A stretch of 32,000 nt of DNA from a bacterium (GTDB taxonomy: Bacteria; UBP7; UBA6624; JBBIMK01), in the NCBI GenBank assembly GCA_037444445.1, contig JBBIMK010000006.1, positions 1-32,000 on the forward strand. The letters are read 5' to 3'. Positions 18,210-24,314 of the stretch are shown one piece after another; positions within the stretch are counted from its first letter, which is position 1; each line of letters begins with the position of its first letter. Both the position numbers and the translations under genes were made by a program. Under the pieces are notes generated by a model. It saw nothing but the letters and a program-made list of their open reading frames with translations. It made no database searches and had not been told where the DNA came from.

Positions 18210-19562
18210 ATGACGAAAGGTCATCCTTCTTTCTTTTCGTGGTGTCTTCCAGTGAGGGCGGTAGTTCGCTCCACCGCCTTCGGACTTTTTGCTTTCCTAA
18301 CAGCGTGTCTTCTCATATTCTGGAGAACACCTTTATACGCTCAGGAACCTGTAGAACCTTATGTGGCAGACCAGTTAGTTCTTGACTTGTCGCTCCTTTC
18401 CGAGGAGGATCGCGATGCTTTATTTACTCAGTATAACTTGACTCATTTAGATTCAATTCCAGAATGGGGAATGTACCTCGTTCAGACACCGCCTGGTCAA
18501 GCACCGACGCTGAAGGACACCCTTTCTACTGTCGTGGGGGTGACAATAGTAGAGTTAAACTACATTAGAACGCTCTACGATGACTTCCCCCAAGATTTCT
18601 ATTTTCCTTACCAGTGGGGCCTGCATAATACTGCGCAAACCGCTTGTGGGCAACAAGGAACCTTGGATGCAGATGTGGATGCCCCAGAAGCGTGGAGCTG
18701 GAGCACAGGAAGTAACTCTGTTTTAGTGGCAGTATTAGACGCTGGAATTCAAGTAGATCACCCAGATTTAATGGGCAAAATCGCTGGATCCGTGAATTTT
18801 GTTAGCCCTACTTTCAGAGATATAATACTGCCCCGGGGTCATGGCACTCAGGTCGCGGGGATTATTGCCGCGGCGACTGATAACTTTTTCCTCACGGGTT
18901 CATCCTTAACACCGGTGAAGAACTATCTCGGAGTTGCTGGAAGTGACTGGCACGCCAAACTCCTGAATGTAAAGGTCTGCGTAGACACCGGTAGTTGTTA
19001 TGACTGGTATACGGCAAAAGGAATTCAGTGGGCTATAGAGGCTGGAGCGAAAGTTATCAACATGAGTTTTGGTGGAAGGGCCCCATCGGATTTTATGAAC
19101 TACGCTCTTAAAGTAGCAGATGAGCGAGGAGTGACAGCGGTCGCGGCAGCTGGTAACGACCATTCTAACGTGCGTACTTATCCCTGTTCATCGGGGAAGA
19201 CCATCTGTGTGGGTGGCACTGATAATCGCGATGGCTTGTATATCAACTCGAACTGGGGCACGTGGGTGCATGTTGTTGCTCCCGCTTTCTGTATTGCCAC
19301 AACGATAACTAATAACGACTATACTTCTCTTGACTACGCAGATAGCGGAACATCCCTTGCAGCACCTTTTGTTTCTGGCTTGGCGTCACTCATCATCGCG
19401 CGTTATCCAAGTGTGCTTCAATGTCCGTGGTATTATTTAGGATGCACGGATGACGCAGTCCGCAACATTATATTTTATATGGGCGTTGACCCGATTCCTG
19501 GCACAGGCACTTATTGGTGGAAAGGCAGGGTAAATTTTTGGAAGGCATTACGAGGTTATTAA
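18210..19562 (+). CDS. Secreted/anchored subtilisin-like serine protease (peptidase S8) with I9-type propeptide
   Basis: Catalytic motifs VAVLDAGIQVDHPDL (Asp), HGTQVAGIIAA (His), SGTSLAAPFVSGLASL (Ser). Propeptide end VTIVELNYIRT. Hydrophobic N-terminus. GGAGGTG lies 5 nt upstream of the ATG. Confidence 0.9.
   Translation: MTKGHPSFFSWCLPVRAVVRSTAFGLFAFLTACLLIFWRTPLYAQEPVEPYVADQLVLDLSLLSEEDRDALFTQYNLTHLDSIPEWGMYLVQTPPGQAPTLKDTLSTVVGVTIVELNYIRTLYDDFPQDFYFPYQWGLHNTAQTACGQQGTLDADVDAPEAWSWSTGSNSVLVAVLDAGIQVDHPDLMGKIAGSVNFVSPTFRDIILPRGHGTQVAGIIAAATDNFFLTGSSLTPVKNYLGVAGSDWHAKLLNVKVCVDTGSCYDWYTAKGIQWAIEAGAKVINMSFGGRAPSDFMNYALKVADERGVTAVAAAGNDHSNVRTYPCSSGKTICVGGTDNRDGLYINSNWGTWVHVVAPAFCIATTITNNDYTSLDYADSGTSLAAPFVSGLASLIIARYPSVLQCPWYYLGCTDDAVRNIIFYMGVDPIPGTGTYWWKGRVNFWKALRGY
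18227..18293 (+). repeat. Signal-peptide-coding module duplicated at 20324-20389 (about 95% identical by eye)
   Basis: ttctttcttttcgtggtgtcttccagtgagggcggtagttcgctccaccgccttcggactttttgct versus tctttctttttgtggtgtcttccagtgagggcggtagttcgccccaccgccttcggactttttgct. The flanking coding sequence is unrelated. Confidence 0.85.
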
Positions 19563-19590
19563 AAACTTCATAAAAGGGAGGTGTATTAGA

Positions 19591-20112
19591 GTGAATTTTC
19601 CGGCTGGATGGAGGAAAGGCGCACAACTATTCTCAACAGCTATTCTTTTGACAATCGGACTTTACAGCTGCAACTGGGGAGGTGAAGGTGGTGAGGCGGT
19701 TTTTCCACTTTTTGAGTATCATAAATTCCCATCTGATTTGGGATTATCCTTTGAAATAATACCTGATAAGGACCAGTATAAAGAAGGCGAGCAAATCCAA
19801 CTGACCTTACGACTTACTAACCAAACAGTTCAAGGGATAGAACTATCTTACACTCGTGGAAACGAATTTGTGGTCTACATTTTTAACGCTCAAAATCAAG
19901 TTGTGGCAGCAGGATATTGGAATTGCATCGGTGAAAAATGTCCTGCTGTGATCACTATCATTCAAAATGAGACAATTCTTCCAGGTGCATTTTTTGAAAG
20001 AGTCGGAACTGTGAAAAAAAGGTTACTGTCAGGCACATATACAATTCGTGCTGACTCACTTGTGCATCCCGCTGATGGAGGCATCTACATGCCTGTCGTT
20101 ATTGTTCCCTAA
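19591..20112 (+). CDS. Putative lipoprotein, divergent BsuPI-like (intracellular proteinase inhibitor fold) protein
   Basis: GGGAGGTG precedes the GTG start. Signal plus lipobox-like GLYSC. YKEGEQIQLTLRLTNQT...ELSYTRGNEFVVYIFN...LLSGTYTIRAD parallels the clearer BsuPI homologue at 28580-29050 and B. subtilis Ipi (as recalled). Confidence 0.5.
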   Translation: MNFPAGWRKGAQLFSTAILLTIGLYSCNWGGEGGEAVFPLFEYHKFPSDLGLSFEIIPDKDQYKEGEQIQLTLRLTNQTVQGIELSYTRGNEFVVYIFNAQNQVVAAGYWNCIGEKCPAVITIIQNETILPGAFFERVGTVKKRLLSGTYTIRADSLVHPADGGIYMPVVIVP

Positions 20113-20130
20113 TATTTTTGGGAGCAGGTC

Positions 20131-20159
20131 TTGACTTTCTTGAATGAATCCTTTATAAT
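20131..20159 (+). promoter_or_regulatory. Near-consensus sigma70 promoter (TTGACT-17 nt-TATAAT) directly upstream of repeat copy C
   Basis: TTGACT at 20131-20136, a 17-nt spacer, TATAAT at 20154-20159. The predicted transcription start falls at the first bases of the repeat. Confidence 0.55.
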
Positions 20160-20162
20160 CCA

Positions 20163-20237
20163 AAATTGGTTAAGGGAGTAAGCGATGTATAGGTCAGTCA
20201 GTCAGTAGAGCCCCTGCGCCCGGGCAATTCTCAGGCT
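20163..20237 (+). repeat. Copy C (3'-truncated, ~75 nt) of the repeat family, upstream of the subtilase remnant
   Basis: aaattggttaagggagtaagcgatgtataggtcagtcagtcagtagagcccctgcgcccgggcaattctcaggct. Similarity to copies A and B stops at 20237, where a GC-rich hairpin begins. Confidence 0.8.
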
Positions 20238-20240
20238 CAA

Positions 20241-20273
20241 GAAAAAACCTTGCCCCCTTTTCAAGGGGGGCAA
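20241..20273 (-). terminator. Intrinsic-terminator-like hairpin read on the minus strand (8-bp GC-rich stem followed by GGTTTTTTC)
   Basis: Stem 20250-20257 (ttgccccc) pairs with 20266-20273 (gggggcaa), with an 8-nt loop. On the minus strand the T6 run is the complement of 20242-20247. No minus-strand gene lies upstream of it. Confidence 0.35.
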
Positions 20274-20302
20274 AATCTGATAACTTTAAGGAGGGATACG
20301 GG

Positions 20303-20688
20303 ATGACACGAAAGTGTCAAAAATCTTTCTTTTTGTGGTGTCTTCCAGTGAGGGCGGTAGTTCGCCCCACCGCCTTCGGACTTTTTGCTCTGATGTGCTT
20401 GCTCTACCTATCTCAAATCGCGTGGGCAGAAGGATTCCCCTCCTGCCTCACACCGCCAGAGGAAATCGAGGAACATCTTTTTCTGCTCCTCAAGTATCAG
20501 CGCTGGCTCACTTGCTGAAAAGCATCCATCCAGATTGGCTGCCGGGCCCCATTACTCAGCGGATTATGCAAATCTCAGAGCCATATCCAGCCTCGTGCGG
20601 TGAGTTCTCCCTACCAAGGGGTAAAATTGATTTTTGCCGTGCAGTTTGGGAAGATTCCCTGTGGCCTACGCACTGTCAGACTCCATGA
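20303..20688 (+). pseudogene. Decayed subtilase (S8) gene: intact RBS, signal peptide and C-terminal Ser-motif region, but the Asp/His core is deleted and the two parts are in different frames
   Basis: Frame 2 from ATG 20303 gives MTRKCQKSFFLWCLPVRAVVRPTAFGLFALMCLLYLSQIAWA-EG..., stopping at 20518. Frame 1 gives ...GNRGTSFSAPQVSALAHLLKSIHPDW...GKIDFCRAV, stopping at 20686-20688. No Asp or His catalytic motifs are present. Confidence 0.75.
20324..20389 (+). repeat. Second copy of the signal-peptide-coding module (see 18227-18293)
   Basis: Near-identical 66 nt, including a conserved 9-bp hairpin (gagggcggt / accgccttc). Confidence 0.85.
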
Positions 20689-20816
20689 AGGAAAGAGCTC
20701 CCTTCGTTGTAACTTTTATGACCATTGGTATTGTTATCTCTCTGATGTTAGCCCTTCTTTCTTACTTTTATCCAATTCTAAAGGCATGGCGAATCTGGTA
20801 TTTAACACATTTATGA
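20685..20816 (+). CDS. Candidate 43-aa single-TM mini-protein (P1)
   Basis: MKERAPFVVTFMTIGIVISLMLALLSYFYPILKAWRIWYLTHL. ATGA overlap with the stop of the subtilase remnant. No obvious SD. Could instead be a fragment of a decayed membrane-protein gene. Confidence 0.3.
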   Translation: MKERAPFVVTFMTIGIVISLMLALLSYFYPILKAWRIWYLTHL

Positions 20817-20947
20817 AGCACTTGACTGCTCTCTTTCTTATTGGCGCTACCTATTTCTTTCTTACAATAGATTTCTTGCTTTCTCTATTGCTCTTGTTGA
20901 TGATTCTTGGAAAATACCCCCTTATGCGGGTCCTCACAGGAGGTTAA
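20813..20947 (+). CDS. Candidate 44-aa single-TM mini-protein (P2)
   Basis: MKHLTALFLIGATYFFLTIDFLLSLLLLLMILGKYPLMRVLTGG. ATGA overlap with the P1 stop. An alternative ATG lies at 20786. Confidence 0.3.
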   Translation: MKHLTALFLIGATYFFLTIDFLLSLLLLLMILGKYPLMRVLTGG

Positions 20948-20950
20948 GAT

Positions 20951-21097
20951 ATGAGTTTCCCTGAAAATCAGGGAGAAAACATCTCTACGCGGGCTTTTCA
21001 TCTCCTGCTCTTGCTGATGGCTCTTTTTCTGAGTTTACTATTTAACATTTTCTGGCTTTCAGATTTTTTCTACTACCTATTTCCCACCTTATTATAA
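20951..21097 (+). CDS. Candidate 48-aa single-TM mini-protein (P3)
   Basis: MSFPENQGENISTRAFHLLLLLMALFLSLLFNIFWLSDFFYYLFPTLL. AGGAGG at 20937-20942 lies 8 nt upstream of the ATG. Same frame as P2, separated by a single TAA. Below the 60-aa cutoff of the ORF track. Confidence 0.35.
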   Translation: MSFPENQGENISTRAFHLLLLLMALFLSLLFNIFWLSDFFYYLFPTLL

Positions 21098-21098
21098 C

Positions 21099-21224
21099 AT
21101 GATGACTTGGCGAGGCATTTTTTTATTGTTATGGATTGCTCTGATACTCTCTCTCATCCTGAATTTATTAGGGTTTCAATTTTATATCATCCAGGGGTAT
21201 TTGAAAGTGACCTGGCTCGCTTAA
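21099..21224 (+). CDS. Candidate 41-aa single-TM mini-protein (P4)
   Basis: MMTWRGIFLLLWIALILSLILNLLGFQFYIIQGYLKVTWLA. Starts 1 nt after the P3 stop. Below the ORF-track cutoff. Confidence 0.3.
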   Translation: MMTWRGIFLLLWIALILSLILNLLGFQFYIIQGYLKVTWLA

Positions 21225-21267
21225 AAAATATGAACGATTTTATGGGGAAGCAGGTAATTAAGAAGAT

Positions 21268-22041
21268 ATGGTAAAGTTAATCATAAAAATATTACTTATT
21301 TTTATTATTCTATTATTCGTTATTACCTCCATATTAGAATTCTTTTCAAGTGTATGGGGAGTAAAAATCCAGAACCCCTTCATACCGGGAGGTTTCAGGA
21401 ACATTTATAATAGAATCCGATATTTTTTAGCCCTGAATACAGGTGGAAAGTTTCTTTTGATATTCACGGGATTTCTAATATTAATCCTTTATTCATTATT
21501 TTTCAAGCCGTTTCACTACAACACTGAAATTCTTTTAGCAGTTGGACCCTTTCCGGTATTCTCACAGTTGTTATTATATCTTGATTATACAAGGCGTGGG
21601 TTATACAGGCGGAATAGAGAGTATTCTACCTGTGACGCCTGTTTCCAGAATCTGGATAAAAGGGTGTGGAAGTTCCTGGGGCTCCCTATGGTAATCACGG
21701 CAAGTATCGTAGGAAGTATTGGAATTGCGCGTTCTTATCCTCCCCAGGTGGCGGTTCTTTCCGGCATAATCTTTTTATTATTTGCCGTATGGCTGGGGGC
21801 GAGTTCTGCTTATACGCCCACTGAGCATCTAATACGATGGAGTGGAATCCTCCTACTCTGGATGGGTGTTGCTCTATATTTGCAATATTTTACCTATATG
21901 ACTCAGTATCATCCAGAATGGTTGAACAGAAGTCGCTGGATTACCGGGATTCTGTTTCTGCTGAATCTCATTTTTGTAGCACTTTCAGTCATCAAAGGTA
22001 GAAGAATAGAGCATTTAGAGTCAGAGTTAAAAAAGAATTAA
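21268..22041 (+). CDS. Hypothetical polytopic membrane protein (about 6-7 TM) in a very AT-rich segment
   Basis: 257-aa ORF with repeated hydrophobic segments (LLIFIILLFVITSIL, FLLIFTGFLILILYSLFF, VLSGIIFLLFAVWLG, ILLLWMGVALYL, ITGILFLLNLIFVALSVI). No family recognised. Confidence 0.55.
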   Translation: MVKLIIKILLIFIILLFVITSILEFFSSVWGVKIQNPFIPGGFRNIYNRIRYFLALNTGGKFLLIFTGFLILILYSLFFKPFHYNTEILLAVGPFPVFSQLLLYLDYTRRGLYRRNREYSTCDACFQNLDKRVWKFLGLPMVITASIVGSIGIARSYPPQVAVLSGIIFLLFAVWLGASSAYTPTEHLIRWSGILLLWMGVALYLQYFTYMTQYHPEWLNRSRWITGILFLLNLIFVALSVIKGRRIEHLESELKKN

Positions 22042-22085
22042 TGTATCACCTGGTTAGGGTCTATTGACTCAAAAAGTAGAATGGC

Positions 22086-22114
22086 TTGCAACTTTCTGAA
22101 AGGTAGTTTATAAT
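22086..22114 (+). promoter_or_regulatory. Sigma70-type promoter upstream of rpmF (TTGCAA-17 nt-TATAAT)
   Basis: TTGCAA at 22086-22091, a 17-nt spacer, TATAAT at 22109-22114. A 6-bp hairpin cctgac/gtcagg lies in the leader at about 22146-22168. Confidence 0.45.
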
Positions 22115-22194
22115 TAACCACGATTTAGGAATATCACCCTAATACCTGACTTCACAGGGAGGTCAGGCGGGAGGGGTGAAAAGAAAGAAAAGAA

Positions 22195-22395
22195 ATGGCG
22201 GTTCCAAAGCGGAAATTACCGAGGTTTCGGGTGCGGCGGCGGCGGTCTCGCTGGGTGGCTGAATTGAACTCCCCGGCTCTGGTCATTTGCCCTCGTTGTC
22301 ACAAGAAGAAGCCAGCACACCACATTTGCCCTCATTGTGGATTTTACCGAGGAGAATTCATCCAAACACCTGTAACCTCTGAAAAAGAAAAATAA
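22195..22395 (+). CDS. rpmF: 50S ribosomal protein L32
   Basis: MAVPKRKLPRFRVRRRRS... with zinc ribbon CPRC...CPHCGFY. Confidence 0.9.
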   Translation: MAVPKRKLPRFRVRRRRSRWVAELNSPALVICPRCHKKKPAHHICPHCGFYRGEFIQTPVTSEKEK

Positions 22396-22413
22396 ACTGG
22401 AGGCGATGCCAGG

Positions 22414-22683
22414 ATGGCAACTCAACAGGAACAAGCGGAGAAAGTGATTGGGAAGTTAAAGGAAATTATGAAAGAGTTTCTCCCCGATGTAGATATTGAG
22501 AAAATCACCGGGGAAACCACTTTTGATTCAGATTTGAACCTCGGGTCTCTGGAAATGTCCACCATCCTGATGGATATTGAGGATAGTTTTAATATCCGCA
22601 TATCCGATGAAGAAGTGGAATCCATGCGGAAAGTGGAGGACCTGGTGAAATGTATCCTGAAGCATCTGCCAAGTGAATCCTGA
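22414..22683 (+). CDS. acpP: Acyl carrier protein (divergent)
   Basis: 89 aa and acidic. The phosphopantetheine-site-like motif is DSDLNLGSLEMSTILMDIEDSF (GS instead of the usual DS). Classical rpmF...acp-rnc neighbourhood. Confidence 0.6.
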   Translation: MATQQEQAEKVIGKLKEIMKEFLPDVDIEKITGETTFDSDLNLGSLEMSTILMDIEDSFNIRISDEEVESMRKVEDLVKCILKHLPSES

Positions 22684-23389
22684 CCCCATTCCAGCCATAG
22701 AGAGGAAATTTCGGCTCCGTATACGGCAGAAGGAGTTATTTCTGCGTGCATTACGGGGATGCCATTTCCTGGGTGCTGAGCCCACGGAAACCCAGAGGAG
22801 AGAAGTGGAAGAGAATGAGCGACTGGAATTTCTGGGGGATGCAGTTTTGGGATTTCTCATCAGTGAGGAACTGTTCCATCGCTTTCAAGAGGAGCCTGTT
22901 GGGGTTCTCGCCGCTTCAAAAGCCGCCCTCGTCAGCGGGTCTTCCCTCGCCCAGAAAGCCCGAGAAATTTCTCTAACCGCTCTGGCGAATTTTCAAGAAA
23001 GCGACCTGCCGGAGCGGGAGCAGGAAATTCTCGCGGACTTGCTGGAAGCCTTTATCGGCGCTTTATATCTGGACCAGGGGCTCCAAAAAACCCACCAGAT
23101 CCTCTCCCGAATGTTTGAAAAAGATATCCTGGAAACTATCCTCGGAAAAGGACAGAGGGATTTGAAGGGCGTTTTACAGGAAATTACCCTACGGGAGTTC
23201 CATCAGTTGCCAAAATATGTTACAGAGCCGGCGGATGGCCGGCAATTCCGCAGTGAGGTGTGGGTCCAGAATCAAAAGATAGGAGAAGGACGAGGAGGAA
23301 CGAAGCGAGAGGCGGAAATTCAAGCTGCTCATCAATCCCTTGCTTCCGCCAACTCCTGGTTCCGCATCCTCCGAAAAGAACGCACCTGA
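22673..23389 (+). CDS. rnc: Ribonuclease III
   Basis: Signature ERLEFLGDAVLGFLISEELF and ADLLEAFIGALYLDQG, plus a C-terminal dsRBD (GEGRGGTKREAEIQAA). GTG start overlaps the acp stop; the exact start is uncertain. Confidence 0.9.
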   Translation: MNPDPIPAIERKFRLRIRQKELFLRALRGCHFLGAEPTETQRREVEENERLEFLGDAVLGFLISEELFHRFQEEPVGVLAASKAALVSGSSLAQKAREISLTALANFQESDLPEREQEILADLLEAFIGALYLDQGLQKTHQILSRMFEKDILETILGKGQRDLKGVLQEITLREFHQLPKYVTEPADGRQFRSEVWVQNQKIGEGRGGTKREAEIQAAHQSLASANSWFRILRKERT

Positions 23390-23399
23390 GCGCTCATTC

Positions 23400-24221
23400 T
23401 TACCCGCTGGCTCCCCGAATTCTTTCCGGGGACAGTGGCGGGGATGCTTCCTCGCGCTGGAACTTTTCTAAAGCCCCAGCCATCCCCGGAGAAACAGCCT
23501 TTTTTTCCCGATTGTAGCAGATGAACAAAGGATAATAAAGAGGACCCCGTTTGAATACCTTATATAGAAAATTCCCCGGCGAAGGAGTAGAAACTTCTTT
23601 CGCTACCCCACCGGTATACGGATTCCTCACGTTCCAGTTGAATAACTGAGGGTCCTTCTTTAACCCGGTATAGGATTGAACATCTCCTGTAAAATAAGGA
23701 TTCAGGGTTGCTTTGTAAGCCACCTCAGATAACTGCTGGCATACGAAGTAAGTAATTTTATCCTCTGGTGAAAGGGATTTTACATACTCCAGTGGGTCAG
23801 AAACCATATTTCCCATAAGGGCTTGCTGGATATAAGTTCGTTTATCTTGCTCATCCAGTTCTACATCCGAACTTTCCACTTTTCCATGCCTGGCACGCCT
23901 GTAAAAGGTTTGGATGATAATTTTATCTTCACGGGCAACAAAGCCGATATCCCCCGGCGAAATTCCCTTCACCACCTTCATCTTCTCTCCCGTATATGGA
24001 TTCGTGAGGTTCTCTGGCGCCACCGCAAAGTAGGGTGATTTCAACACTTCTTCAAAACTTTCGGGAAATCGCTGTTCTATTCCGGTGAACAACCGTGTAG
24101 CGGAAGTAATAGTTTGGATATTTCCAAGATAATTCAGGTATTCCCGGGAAAGTTTTTCTCCTTTCTCCGCCCCAACCATTAACCCCGCCACAAACAGGAA
24201 GCGAATGAGAAAAACATCCAT
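23400..24221 (-). CDS. Hypothetical secreted protein with two NPYTG...SPG[DN] repeats
   Basis: Preferred start is ATG at 24221 (MDVFLIRFLFVAGLMVGAEKG, signal-like). The longer track ORF to 24335 would overlap the divergent gene. Internal repeats: LTNPYTGEKMKVVKGISPGD and VRNPYTGGVAKEVSTPSPGN. Confidence 0.5.
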   Translation of the reverse strand: MDVFLIRFLFVAGLMVGAEKGEKLSREYLNYLGNIQTITSATRLFTGIEQRFPESFEEVLKSPYFAVAPENLTNPYTGEKMKVVKGISPGDIGFVAREDKIIIQTFYRRARHGKVESSDVELDEQDKRTYIQQALMGNMVSDPLEYVKSLSPEDKITYFVCQQLSEVAYKATLNPYFTGDVQSYTGLKKDPQLFNWNVRNPYTGGVAKEVSTPSPGNFLYKVFKRGPLYYPLFICYNREKKAVSPGMAGALEKFQREEASPPLSPERIRGASG

Positions 24222-24314
24222 ATTTATAACCGTTATTATTATATCATAAAATCCGGAAGCGCATCCGAAGCACTTGAAGATAGTAGGGATTCGCATTACA
24301 ATGAGAAGTTGAGA

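Noticed and set aside
11744-20237. Diversity-generating retroelement (template/variable repeat) explanation for the ~125-nt repeats.
   Set aside because: No reverse transcriptase is in the window. The repeats are intergenic rather than at the 3' end of a target gene, and mismatches between copies are not restricted to adenine positions.
11744-20237. Composite transposon or IS ends as an explanation for the repeats.
   Set aside because: No transposase or integrase ORF lies between or beside the copies. I found no terminal inverted repeats or target-site duplications. A MITE-like origin is not excluded but cannot be supported from this window alone.
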